Notes: generated by a model from the letters alone, not told the origin. A DNA stretch of 64,000 bases from Paraspadella gotoi (GCA_051294375.1 CM119268.1:21387048-21451047); one strand, 5' to 3'; shown: positions 1 through 51,905, numbered from the stretch's first letter. Translations and numbers: made by a program.

Positions 1-171
1 CTGGGCGCAATCCTACGTGGGTACAATCCTAATGGAACCAGATAAACAGATAAACACAACATTTGTGAGATGAGATAACCCACCATAGCCTGTCCAAAGT
101 CCGGGGCAGGATATTGAATTTATAAATAATATTTTTTGTATTTGTTATCCCAGTATTATTATTACTAATTA

Positions 172-255
172 GATTTAGAACAAAGTTTTGAAGAGAGATT
201 TAACAACGATTTTTATTTCGTTGTTAAATCTCTCTTCAAAACTTTGTTCTAAATC
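172..255. repeat. Perfect 38-bp inverted repeat with 8-nt loop (intronic hairpin / MITE-like)
   Basis: 172-209 gatttagaacaaagttttgaagagagatttaacaacga is the exact reverse complement of 218-255. Confidence 0.9.
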
Positions 256-350
256 AAATCACAACGAAACAGAAAGGAAAAAATACAATAATTAGATTTT
301 AAAAATAAGATAGGTTTTATATGTTTATGTGTGTAATGCTTTATTGGCTC

Positions 351-420
351 ACTTACCCTCGATGGAATTGGCGAACTGACAGACTTACCCTCGATGGAAT
401 TGGCGAACTGACGGACTTAC

Positions 421-446
<26 letters not shown>
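351..446 (-). repeat. 32-bp tandem triplication of an exon end plus GTAAGT donor
   Basis: acttaccctcgatggaattggcgaactgac starts at 351, 383 and 415; on the minus strand each unit ends ...ATCGAGG|GTAAGT. Confidence 0.9.
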
Positions 447-10077
<9,631 letters not shown>

Positions 10078-10398
10078 CTGAGAGGGAGAGGGAGAGAGAG
10101 AGAGAGAGAGAGAGAAAGGGTGGAAGTAGGAAAGGTGGAAGGTGAGAGAGAGAGAGAGATTGAGAAAAAGAGTAGAATGGAGAGAAAAAAGTTACATTTA
10201 CAACAATAAAATTAATGCGTTATTGGATGGAAAACTGATCTAAAAATGTTTTTAGTCCAGAGGCGATGTGAGAAATATAATACAACAAAACCTTGGAAAT
10301 CCGCGAGTGAAGGGGATTAGATTAAAAATTCCATTAGTTAATGAGTCAATTTATTTCTTGTTAAAATCCGTAAATTACGTACTGAATGAAAGAGAGAG

Positions 10399-10436
<38 letters not shown>

Positions 10437-10619
10437 AGAGAGGAGAGGAGAGAGAGAAGAGAAGAGAGAGAGAGAGAGAGACAGAGAGACAGAGAGACAA
10501 GAGAAGAGAGAGAGAGAGAGAATTGAAATCGAAATTGTGCAAAATGGATATCGTTAGTTATTCCATTTTATTAAAAATTCCTCACCAGAAAACGAATCAA
10601 CTTTTTAGGCGCTTGAGGT

Positions 10620-10724
<105 letters not shown>

Positions 10725-10811
10725 TTTGGCTTTAATTCATGTTGACATTCTCGCAATTAAATTTTCCACTTTTTATCTTCCTCTCTTTCTTTTGCCCGCG
10801 TTTTAATTTAC

Positions 10812-10835
10812 CTGTTGATTCGCCGTGTAAACCAT
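10812..10835 (-). CDS. Possible first coding exon of the CTLD gene (MVYTANQQ)
   Basis: aaaATGG start context and CAG|gtaaat phase-0 donor, compatible with the exon starting at 10077; short, so weak. Confidence 0.3.
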
Positions 10836-11607
10836 TTTGGATTCTTTTTGTTTTTAAATTCGATTATAAACTAAAATAGTTTGTTACTTTTCCGACGGAC
10901 TATGTGGACGGCTGAGTTACGTACACGGTGTTTGTTAGATTGTTTGTTTATTTTTGCTTGTTTGTTTGCTTGTTTTTTAGTTTCGATGTCTTCGTTTTCT
11001 CTTAATTAATCAAAATCTCCGTCCGTTTTTGTGATGGAGAGAAACTGTTAAATGAAAAGAAAATGTTTAAAGAAATATATCTATTTGGTTTGTGTTACTT
11101 TTAGTAATTTAAATTTATACAAATAATGATATAATTTTTGTATAAAAATAGAAATTGTGTAATTTTTGAAAGCTCAACATTGCACTTCTCTCTGCATTCA
11201 CGTTATGTTTTTTTGCAACTTTTTTTTCATCAGAATCTTTGTCTCAGCGCAACGATTATTATGAGCTTCTATTTAGTTCCACTTAACTATGTTTATATAA
11301 ATTTAAAATATAATAATTAATCCTTGCACGAGAATCGACGTTCCTGACATTTCGTTTTCAACTTTTTCTTGATTGGCATTTTGCCCGCGAGATATCGATC
11401 CGAGATGGCAATACCACCCGGGCAGATGGCATTTACTATTCACAAGTTTAGATCGAAGACACAAGTTCCCTTTTAATGCCATCTACCGGAATTAGATCTG
11501 TCGTTGTCTCTTTCGTCTGTTAAGATCTATCATCTTTCGAGAAGAAATCAAAGGAAATTTCATCCCTTGGATTGTCATTCGTCAGAACTTCAGAAGGTCA
11601 CCTCTAC

Positions 11608-11880
11608 AGATGGCATCTGTCCAGATCTCTTCTTACCCAATGGCATCTGTCAAAATCCATATCCCTCGGCATGGCCTCTGTCAAAATCTCATCTCTCCAC
11701 ATGCCATCTGCAAAAATCTCATCTCTTACAATGGCATCTGTCAAAATCGCATCTCTCCACAAGGTATCTGCAAAAATATCATCTCTTACAATGGCATCTG
11801 TCAAAATCTCATCTCTCCACAAGGTATCTGCAAAAATATCATCTCTTTCAATGGCATCTGTCGAAATGACATCTGTCGAT
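11608..11880. repeat. 60-bp (2 x 30) minisatellite
   Basis: atggcatctgtcaaaatctcatctctccacaaggtatctgcaaaaatatcatctcttaca repeated in register. Confidence 0.9.
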
Positions 11881-13151
11881 AGAAAAGAGACAGAAGACGC
11901 TTCGTTTGGATTCGAAGTCAAGAAAATAAAAAAAGGAAAAAAAAGAAAAGTCGATATTTGACTGGCAAAAGAAAAATATTTTCCAAGACGAAGTCATTTA
12001 TGACTTCGATGAATTTTTTATTTTAAAAAACGGAGAAATACAGGGTGATCCAAAGAAACACGGTTTAAATTTTTTTTTTTTTACAGTGAAAAAGAAATGA
12101 TAATCTTTAAAATAAGTGACATAGATTCCTGAGAAAAACACTTATCTTTTAAATAGAGAAAACAAAGTAGCCAACGGTTTATAGATCTGTATTTACTCTT
12201 CCCATTTTCATCGAATAACCCGATATTTCCGCCTCTTTTGGAGTGGCGCCATCTAACCATCTAGGATAATTATCGCAAGGGTCGATTAAAACTTCGGTTA
12301 AAAATTAAAAAAGTTACATATCATCATTTATATTTTAGCACAAATTATTACAAATAAACTTGGATAATACGATATTTTTAAATAAAATTTTATTCTTTTG
12401 GTGCGACATTGAACTTTCGATATTCTTTAAAATTATTCATATTAATCCATAAGTTAAATTAGTTAAATAATAACATCTCCTCTTACCGGTTGTCAAATGT
12501 TTCTTTCCTCCGTGAAAAAAAAAGTGGAGAAGAAAAAAGAAGAAATTTAGTTTGTTTTACTTTTTCCTTTTTTTTCTCTTCTTTGGTCCGTCTGTCCTTT
12601 TGGAGTCTGTCTGTCCCTCCTGAGGTCCGTCGATCCGTCTTCGTTTCTGCCGCGACACTGAGTCCCTCGCGTGACGAACGCCGACTTTTATACTCAGGAC
12701 GAGACGGACTTTTTTAAAAGGGCGGAGGGGGGGGGGGCGAAGGGTAGGAGCCTTTAAGGTCGGGACACGATCTCTGTGAAAACGACGACGACGACGACGA
12801 TGACGATGAAGGGAGACAAAGACGACCATGTCGAAGACAAGGGCGACGACGACAAATACGAGGTCAAAGGCGACGACGTCAATGATAATGACAAAAACGA
12901 TGACATGGATAAAGTCGACAATTTAAAAGACGACGACGATAATGATGATGACATCAACGATGACATGGATAAGGGCGACGATGAAAAAGGCGACGACGAT
13001 GATGACAAAAACTACTTTAAATAAATCGACAAAAATTTCGAATAAATGACTATGACGACTCAACGACGATGACAATTTAATGACATTCAGGACGACGAAG
13101 ATGACAAAGACGACAACGAAAACTACAAACGGAAATATTAGTGACCATGAG

Positions 13152-13240
13152 CAGGTGCGGCGAGAGAGGGGTTTCATTCGCCCCAGGGGGACCCGGCCAG
13201 GGGGCCAGTGGGGGGCCCGCCATTTCTCTCGACGCCCCTG
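13152..13240. mobile_element. 89-bp hAT-type MITE with 8-bp target-site duplication
   Basis: TSD ACCATGAG at 13144-13151 and 13241-13248; TIRs caggtgcggcgagag / ctctcgacgcccctg match 13/15. CAGG ends and 8-bp TSDs are hAT hallmarks. Confidence 0.8.
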
Positions 13241-13472
13241 ACCATGAGTATGACAAAGACGACAACGACGACGACGACGACGACGATTCACAGACAAAGT
13301 GAACTACGACGACGACGACGACGACAATGATGACGACGACGACGACTACCACAAATATGACGTCATCGAAGTCAAAGAAAAAAAATATTTCGTGATCGAA
13401 AGGAAAATTTAACGTGAGATTTAATCGAGAGAGACCAAAGCCTCTTGACAGTCATTTGGGTGAGGAAACAGT

Positions 13473-13517
<45 letters not shown>

Positions 13518-13529
13518 CTTCTCTCTCTC

Positions 13530-13581
<52 letters not shown>

Positions 13582-14596
13582 CGTATAACTTTTTTTAATG
13601 GCTCATGCGAAAATAATGTCGGATACATTAATGCTGCATTCTTTCATCTTTAGTGTTTTTTAAACTGCAAAATCAGACTAACATTAGAACCTCTTACTAT
13701 TACAAAGACGGACTCAAAAAATGACATCGACTGACCTACCTTTTATTGAGGCATGAAAGTTACAAAGCTCTGTCTTGATCCGCTGAAAACTTATTTTCTT
13801 TCTTTAGTACTAAAAACTCAAGATCAAAATTGCTAATCTATTGTAAATATTTCGGTCTAAATTCTATAGATTCCGATATTATATGGCTACTCGGAAAGAA
13901 ATAAGATAAATATGCGCTAGTGAAAAATAAAATCGTGATTTAGATTTAACATTAGATTTAAATGTTGTCCACCCACAAGTCCCGTTTTCAACTTCGCTGA
14001 AAATGACTAAGGATAAAAACTACGACTATTAAAAAAGTTAACGATAATAAAACAATAAAAACCGAAAGAATTAAAAAAAATTACAACTAAATGAGACTGA
14101 GAAAAGTTAAATTTATAAAATCGCTAACCTTCGTAGTTTCATTTCGTGATTCATACTTTATTTTTTTTTACAAGGAAGTCGCACGGGAATTGGACAAAGA
14201 GGGTGGGCCGGTGGCTAAAGATTTTTTGAAAAGAATTTGTGACTTTAGATAACTGATATCACTCGATAGAATGATGGTGTACTTAGCAATTAGACATTAG
14301 CCATTAACCGTAGGATAATAGTTAACACTGTTAAGGTTTATTTCAAGAGAAATAAAAACTCTAGATAAAATTACTAATAAAACCGTAAAAAGTTTTAAAG
14401 TCCCGTCACGAACAGTTTTCTACACAATTCGGAAATGATAATTTCCCGTCAATTTTTTCGCCTCGAGAAAAAAAAATAGAAAAGAAATTCTGGGGATCAT
14501 AAAAAAACAAACATTTTATTAATATTTTCCGTTTTATTTTTTTTTCTAAGAAAAAGATTAAGACGGAGATTTAAAACCTGTCGATTCGGTCACCCG

Positions 14597-14678
<82 letters not shown>

Positions 14679-16421
14679 GAGAGAGAGAGAGAGGTGTCGA
14701 ATTCCGAGTCGACAACCTAAAAATTAATGTCGTCTCAATTACCAGAATTGGGAGATGCGTGTATTAAGAAGGAAGGTTATTTTGGGGGACAAAGGAAGGA
14801 CATAGAAGACAATGTATGAGACATAGTAGAAAGCACTAAAGACATAGAGGGAGTTATTTGGAAGTCTGAAAAACTATATATAGATAGACATAGTACATAG
14901 TTCAGGTACATAGAGGGAGACTGTGGGAGAACTGACGGATAATGTAGATAGACATTGGAAGAACTAAAGGACAAAGAGGAAGACAAAGGGAGGGCTGAGC
15001 GACAATTTAGAGAATTTAAATAGACATTGGAAGAACTACGGGACAGAATAGAAGAGATTTAGATATCTTTTTCATATATTATTTTTATAAACTGGTTAGT
15101 TTTCTTTCACGCGTTAGAATACATTATTATAACCCGGTCCCCGGATATTTCTGATTTATATGTAGAAATGTAGTAGAGAACTAAACAAGAGGATCTAAAA
15201 AAAAACATTGCAGAGATATAACGTTACAGTTTTACCATTATATACAAACTCACAACTACACAAATAAATTTACTGGTTTCAAAATCTTTAATCGATCTTC
15301 GTGATCCAACTTTCGTTGTGAAGATCGAATGTAGATTTTCCCGCCAAAAATGAGACGAAGAAGTGAAAATTGAGACCATCGAGCGTGAGGCCGGTGATCG
15401 GTGAAACAGTCCTACCATTTGAAGTTGTCATAGTAACCTATGAAGAAAATACACGTCGCTTCAGTGATTTGTTATGTACGGTATTTTAACCTGATACGTC
15501 AAATGATTCATGAAATACTGACTGGTAGGGTATCAGTTAATCCCTCTTGTGTATGTTTTTCATACTTATGTAGTTAATGATCAGAATTTCGGTCATGAAA
15601 TTAATAAATTCGTGTATTATAATAATAATTTAATTTAATAATATAATTTATATGGTTATTTTACTTCATACCTAACTGAAAAAAAAACTATGATATGCTT
15701 TTTAAGCCAATTCTTCAAACATTTGTAATCATGTTAATAAGTGTAAAGCGTAAGAAAGTAACAGTTCAACTTGCCGTTTCTTGTTTATCAAATATAACGT
15801 CTTTTAAATGTTAAATGTTAAATGTTCAGTTCCTAATAATATAATAATTTCTTTAAAACTTTTAGGCTTTATAGTAAACGAACTTCAATTTAGAGTATAG
15901 GCCGAAACATTGTGTTTATACTATCCTTATATCCTATCCTTTTCTACCATTAACCTATCTGTTTATTTATAATTGTAATATTTAATTTGTACATCGACTT
16001 TCTTCTTAGTTTTTTCCTTTTTCTTATTTTTGTTTTTATTTTTAAAAATCTATTTCCTTTTTCGCTTTTTCTTTTTCTCTTTCATCCAAAGATTCCCAAC
16101 ATTGTCATTGTTCTATCTCGATGAAAACAAACGTGGCTTCTAATCTTTTTCCCCAAACAATTTTTCAATTTCTCTTTCATTGTCTCGACTTTGAGAAAAA
16201 CCCAGGTGTCGATCTTTGTCGGTCTTTCGTCGGTCTTTCCGAGGTCATCGAAGCCACGGCGGGATCGTGATCGGGATCGAGATCGAGACCTGAGACAATG
16301 CAACTATAATCTACCACGTGACTGGAAGTCGGGAGGAAAAAAGAAGCCAACTTGCGATGCCTATTGTCTCTCTCTCTCTCTCTCTCTCCTCCTCTTCCGC
16401 ATCCTGTTTTCGATCCGCGGG

Positions 16422-16428
16422 TATAAAA
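16422..16428 (+). promoter_or_regulatory. TATA box of the RRM gene
   Basis: GC-flanked gTATAAAA about 280 bp upstream of the ATG at 16705. Confidence 0.55.
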
Positions 16429-16704
16429 ATAGCCCCATGTTCTCCCTTACCACAGAATCACGAATTCTAAAAATAAATAAACGCTGCCGAATTTTTGCAA
16501 TTTCTTAGCGCTCTTGTCAAAAACAAAAAACCAAAAACTTCACTCCCATTTTTCTTACAAATTTTTAATCAAAATTACATTCCTAAAAACATTACTTTTT
16601 GTTTTCAACGCCTGATCCCGAACTAATAAAAAAACCCTACTCATTTCTATCAAAATTCCATCGAACTCACTTTTCTCCAGCCTAAACTCAACCAAAATCT
16701 CACG

Positions 16705-18923
16705 ATGCCTTCCACGTCCACGACTCCCTCCGCCACGGACGACCGCCCTCTCGCCACCCAAGCCAAGATCTTCGTCGGCGGTCTCCCGCTCTCCGCCACC
16801 TCTGCAGATGTCCACGCCCATTTTTCACGATTTGGCGAAGTCGCCTCCGCGACTGTGATGCTCGATCGAGTCACGGGCGAATCGAGAGGCTTCGGCTTCG
16901 TTCTTTTCGCTTCGATGGAGGACGCGGACAGAACGTTGAAGGCCGAGAGGCATCAAATTCTGGTGAGTCTATTTTTATTGTTTGTTCCCGTCTTAAATTC
17001 TGCCTTCTCATTTCTCTTGATCATTCTCATACTCATTTACTCACTCATTCAATCAAACATTGACTCCTTTACTGACTAGTTTACTAACTCATTCACTCAT
17101 TCATTCAATCAAACTTTTCCCACTTTTTAAATGCCTAACTCAGCATTTACTCACTCACATTTACTCACTACTTTATAGAATTTAACTATTTTTAAAGTAA
17201 CTCGCTCGTTCTTTATCTCACTAATTCATTCAGGTATTCATTCACTCGTTTATACTGTTTCACTTTCTACTTTTCACTTATTCACTTATTCCTTACTCAT
17301 TCACTCGCTCACTCATTTACTCACTTACTCCCTTTTTCATTTTCTTACTCACACACCCACCGACACAATATTTCACTCACTAAATTTCTCAGTCACAAAA
17401 TCGCACACTCTCTTTCTCCCTTACTCATTTACTCACTTACTCAGCCACCCACTCTCACTTACTCTCACATACTTTCACTTACTTTCTTTTAAAAATCTCC
17501 TTTTTTCGTTTCAAGAAAGTTCGAATCACTTATCATAACATGAATTCTCACTAATTTTTCTTTCCCTTTCTCTCCCTCACAGGGAAAGCCCGTCACGACC
17601 CGCTTGGCCCTTCCACGCGGCGACCAGCAACTCGATCAGTTCCGCCCTCGCAAAGTCTTCGTCGGCTCCCTTTCGATCGACATTCCCGAAGGCGCCTTCC
17701 GCGACCTCATCGAAAAAGAGGGCGGCCGCATCGAGGATATTCGCTTCGAACCCCAACGCGGCTTTGCTATTGTGGACTTTGCCTCCGCCGATGACGCCCA
17801 GCGGCTCGTCGACACGCGCCATTTCCTCCTAGGCGGTGTTATGCTGCGGGCCAAGTTCGCTAATCGCAACGCCAAGCGGCTCGTCGACACTCGCCTCCTC
17901 GTCAGCGGCATTCCAGATTTTTATGACATCTACCAAGTTTACAATCTCTTCGGATTCTTCGGCAAAGTACTCGACGCCCGTCTGTTACACGACCCGCTTC
18001 GCGACTGCTGCGAAGCGTGCCACGCTGGCGCGGCGTTGATTCACTTTGCCGACGACGACTTAGCTCTCAATCTTCACCGCCAGGGGACGATCGCTCTCGG
18101 AGACGAGGAAGTCGGTTTGACGGTGAAATTGATAGAGGAAGAGGTGGAGGAAGAGATGAAGAAGGCGAGGGAGGAAAGAGAGAGGAAAAGAGAGAGGAAG
18201 GAAAAGAAAGCGAAGGAAGAAGAAGCGAGAAGAGGGAGGATGACCTGGCGTCGTAAGACGTCTCAATCTGCGAGCGGCTCGTCCACGGACTTTTTCTCCA
18301 GCTCCTCCTCTGACTCGTCCTCCTCCCGACCTTCGAGTCGTTCCTCCAATGACTGTTCCTCCTATTCCTCATCCACATCTCGACCTTCCAGTGGCTCGTC
18401 CACCTGCTCCGACTCTGAGGAAGAAGATTTTTTTTTTAAGTTGGCATCCGAATTCGGGGTCGTTGTCAACAGAGACGTTTCCTCCTCATCCTCCTCCTCC
18501 TCCTCCTCCTCTCCATCAGGCGCCCTCAATTACTTCAAAACCTCCAAAGAAATCCATAGCGAGAATCTCACGGCCGCGTTCCACGCGGGGCTACTTCCGT
18601 CCATCGCCCCGCACGGCTACTGCCTCTCTCAACCCAAGTTCATCCACAGCCCGATGGGCGGGACCCTTGTGCCTACCAGGGCCAGATATATCCAACCGGC
18701 CGACAACTACTTTCTCACTCCTCCAACGAAGCCACGACCCTCGGCTCCAGCTGCTCCTGCAGCGAGAGGCTTTCCCGATTCAATGCTGGATGCGTTGGAG
18801 CAGGCGCGGCGGGAGCGGCGGGAATTCATCAAGGGGCTGGAGAAGGAAATGGAGGAGCTGATGCAGCGGCGCAGTGAAGCGGATTGCGCGGCGGAAGCTG
18901 CGTTCGGCAATACGGACGCTTAA
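16705..18923 (+). CDS. RNA-binding protein with three RRMs (Musashi/DAZAP1/hnRNP A-like RRM1), ~532 aa; exons 16705-16962 and 17583-18923
   Basis: RRM1 RNP2 KIFVGGL and RNP1 RGFGFVLF; CTG|gtgagt...cacag|GGA phase-0 intron gives ERHQILGKPVTTRLA; RRM2 KVFVGSL/RGFAIVDF; degenerate RRM3 RLLVSGI/GAALIHF; then E/R/K helix, Ser-rich tract and C-terminal helix; TAA ends at 18923. Confidence 0.9.
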
Positions 18924-19104
18924 AACTTAAAAAAGATTTTTTTTTTTTTATTTTCGAAGCTTAAAAACTCAGAGTTATTATATTAAGTTATATTAAGTTT
19001 TTGTTTTCGATTATGAATTTCACATCGTTATTTCCTTTCGTTTCGTTGTCTTTGGATGATAGAAGACGTTTTAGATTGTTTAAACAACGATTTTATTATT
19101 ATAA

Positions 19105-19149
19105 GACGGACATGTTTCGGCTTTAGTCATACAAGCCTTCATCGGCGTC
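19105..19149 (-). ncRNA. Minimal hammerhead-like motif (Penelope-type) with variant core
   Basis: Minus strand gacg CCGATGA aggctt gtatgact aaagcc GAAAC ATGTC cgtc: stem I gacg/cgtc, stem II ggctt/aagcc, palindromic ACATGT, GUC site; core has U4>C. Confidence 0.5.
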
Positions 19150-19738
19150 AAAGATAGAATTTCACATCGAAAAGTTTTATTCTCAATTATTTCATTATTA
19201 TTTTTATTTTATTCTTAATTATTTTATTCTTTTTGTTATTATTACTGTTTTATTATTAACTGTTACTTTAAAATATTATTATTATTATTCCAGTCAATTT
19301 TACTGTTATTTGTTGTTGCATTAGCAATTCTTTCAAGTTTTGTTTCCAGTTTTAATTTTGTTCAGCGTTGTTATGATTGATGGAACGATGTGTATATTCT
19401 TTATATTCACAATATATGTATAAAAACTATAAATCGAGGATTTTATGATTAACTTCTGGTACAGTTAAGTGAATCTAATGTTAAAATCACATTGAATACA
19501 TTATGCAAAGAGAAAGTTAAGAATCAAAATTTAGCTACTATATAAGTATATAATTTATATATTTTATAATGATAATTCCACCATAACAAATGTAGCAAAC
19601 AACAAAAAACTATGTCTAATAATTTCGCTAATATTTTACGTTACGTTATTTTACGAATTACTTAGTTTTACTTAATAACTAAAAATGGTTATTTATATTA
19701 TTTCTAATCTCAAGTCAAACTAACCTGACCCATTGAAG

Positions 19739-20511
19739 GGAACCCGAATCGGATTTCCTCGGTCGCAGAGGATTCCTCGATGATGTGGGAATCATGAAGC
19801 TGACCGTCAGGGTGTGCTCGTTGGAAAAGCGATCCCCACTCAACGTTACCTTCGTTCGTAGGGTGGCTGTCCAGTCGATGGGGAGGCCTGAAGTTTCGGA
19901 AGTCATGGGTCAATCAAATTATCTATTAAATCAAAGCAAGATTATCAATCAATCAATCAATCAATCAATCTAAAAAATACTTAAATAAATCATTATTTAA
20001 AATAATCGGAGACTGATTGGTTTGAAGAAAGACTACCTAAAATAGGCTATAGTAAAAATTGTGGGAAGAAGCAAGAAATAAAGAAATTATTTGGTTCTCA
20101 TTCCAAGTTACTACATTATAAATACGTATTCATATACCTAGTACATATTCGTATTAATGAAAGTTCTGACATTAGCTCAGTTTGGCATCAAATATGAATC
20201 AACTACCCCCAAACGGAATGGTCCTTTAATAAGGCAGGATGGACTAGTCAAACCAACGCCTTCAAGGTTCTGACTTAAACCTTACCCTTTAATAAAAAAA
20301 AGAAAACATAATATTACATTACATTACCTTATATAAGGTAACATCTGTCGCAGAAATGCCAACGACCAATATTTATCTTTTTCTTTCCTTCTTTCTATCC
20401 ATTTTTTTCTTTCTTTCTATTTATCTTTCTCTCCATCCCTACATCTTTCCAGAGTCACCGCCCGCAAATGTTTACAGCTCCACTTTCGGGAAAAACACGA
20501 AACGGGGATAA
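19739..20511 (+). CDS. Two orphan terminal exons (19739-19908, 20453-20511) of an unidentified gene
   Basis: GC-rich block after a ctaac branch point and gaag acceptor: EPESDFLGRRGFLDDVGIMKLTVRVCSLEKRSPLNVTFVRRVAVQSMGRPEVSEVM; phase-1 splice to ttccag|AG gives ESPPANVYSSTFGKNTKRG*. Upstream exons not found. Confidence 0.4.
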
Positions 20512-21136
20512 AAAAAATCTGCGACTGAGTAAAATATATGAGCATCTCGACCCTGGAGAGAGACAGAGAGAGAGAGAGTCTTTCTAATTCTATGAAATAT
20601 TTTTTTTTTCAAATAACCTTATCAACAAAAGAAATGACTCTAATAACGTATTAATAAAAACCATTGATAACTAAATTAAAATATTCTTTCCCTTAAATGC
20701 GCCAAGACAAATGACCGACTGACCGACGGACAGACACAGACAGACAGACCAAATAGCTCGTCAAATTTTCCCCGGCCTCTTCATGCCCTATTTTGGCTTC
20801 TTTTGGCCTTTTTTTTGGCCTGAAGACCTAAAGGAAGAGGGTTTCATGTTTAAACGTCTCCATTAAAGATTCCAAGGTGAAGGAATTTTGGCCTCAAGAC
20901 GAAAATTAAAAAAATTAAGAAGCAGACGACGTTACCGAAGATTATTATTACAAACTTGATAATATATTAATTAATTTATTGATACAGTTTGGTCGTCTGA
21001 GTTTCTTAACTTTTTCGAGAAATTGTTTCTTTGTCTCACTATCGCAATAAAAAGTTTTACTGTAAGCGTTTTGAACCTTCGTCAAATATTATTTTGTTTT
21101 ATCGTGAAGAGAAACGAAATTAACTTGCGTCAAAAC

Positions 21137-21204
<68 letters not shown>

Positions 21205-21656
21205 TAAATAATTTTAAAAACACGATTTTAATTCACTCACATCATCTCATTGATTTCGCTCAAATATCACAAAACAAAACCTTTTAAAACTTTTTTCACG
21301 ATTCGCGATTAGAAATATCATTTTAGTATTTTAGTATTTTGGTATTTAGGTATTGTGGTATTGTGGTATTGTGGTATTGTAATCGATTAGTCCATCAATA
21401 ACTTTTCACAATCATCACTAGGGTGAGCGATAATTAGGCTCAAGCCCGAAACGCTTTTTATTTTCAAAGCGAAAACTCGAAATTCTTTTTTTGCCGATTT
21501 GATCACGTGAGAGGAGACAGTTTATCCGGCGACTGATGATCGTTATCAACATCATCGTCATCACCATCATCATCATCATTATCATCATCGTCTTCGAAGT
21601 CGTTAACTCGGCCAGAGTTCGATCTGGTTATGATGGTGATCGCGAGAAAGTTAGGA

Positions 21657-21690
<34 letters not shown>

Positions 21691-22729
21691 AGCAGTTGTC
21701 GTCGTCGTCATCGTCGGCCGCTACCTGTTCTTTTTTTTTAACTTTTTTTCGTCGCCATATTTTTTAAAAAATATTTTAATTTGTTTTCGTCTTTTAATAT
21801 ATTTGTAATTGGGCATTTGCATCATTAATAGAGTGAAACACGAAAGAATTACGTTATTATATTTATGTATCTTTTATATTTATAATATTTTCCACTATTT
21901 TTTTATTTCATTTTCGAAACTCAAACGATGAAACTGATTTAAAAAAAAAAGGATAATAATTATTCGCCCAAGATCAATAATTAAAGTAATAAATATTTGT
22001 TGGTTAATTTTTTGAATTAAAAGTCAATATAATGACTAAAAAGAAAATTTCTAATTTTTTCCTATCTTCGCTCCTATGAATTTGTTTGAGCTGCCTCGAC
22101 TTTCTGGCTGACTTTCAAGATGGCGACGATCGTGGTTTCAAATGTAGTTTGTTTATTACAAATTAAACAGTTCATAATTAAGTCGATAATTAAGTCCATA
22201 AAATCATAAAAAAGTCCATTATTATATAAACAAAAGGTCATAAACAAACGGTCTTAAAACCGTACGACGTCGAAGGCAACTGCCCCTGACTCTTAAACAA
22301 TTCTTTACATAAAAAATAATCGGGATATCCCGAGTTCACGTTTCTTCATCGTCTTCATAATCGTCGTCGCGTTCTCTCTCTCGAGAAATGGGGCAAAGTA
22401 AGACGCTGATATCGAATTCACGGCCATCGGACGTCGAGCCACTTTTCGCCCTCTACGGTCTCGACCGTAAATACAGAATTCTTTCGTCGAATTTTAAATC
22501 GTTCCTTTTGAATGACTCGATATTTGAATCCGGCCGTTCGGTTGTCTGAATTTGATGACATTAGACTTTACTAATTAATTATTATAACGATTTGATTAGA
22601 AAGTAGCAATGATATTGATTCTGTCAAATTGTTAATTCAGTTAAATTAAATTTAATTAGGAAATAGTTATATTAATTTATTTATATGAGGTTTTGTTTTT
22701 TTAATTAAAAAGAACATACAATGAATTAT

Positions 22730-22812
<83 letters not shown>

Positions 22813-22859
22813 CTATTTTCCGCTCGACTTTTTCCCAGAATTGAAACTCAAAATTGAAA

Positions 22860-51905
<29,046 letters not shown>

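Noticed and set aside
10586-10611. 26-nt minus-strand micro-exon (PKKLIRFL) for the CTLD gene
   Set aside because: Good donor and exit phase, but it needs a phase-1 upstream exon I could not find; unresolved.
11504-11961. Overlapping repetitive ORFs on both strands
   Set aside because: A by-product of a stop-poor 60-bp minisatellite; no splice or homology support.
12039-12310. TA-CAGGGTGATCC mariner-like terminus
   Set aside because: No matching second TIR or transposase found.
12754-13024. Asp-rich 82-aa ORF as an acidic biomineralisation protein
   Set aside because: Decayed (GAC/GAT)n tract like many others in the window; no signal peptide or exon boundaries.
15275-15418. GC-richer exon-like block on the minus strand
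   Set aside because: Weak acceptor, no recognisable peptide and no partner exon.
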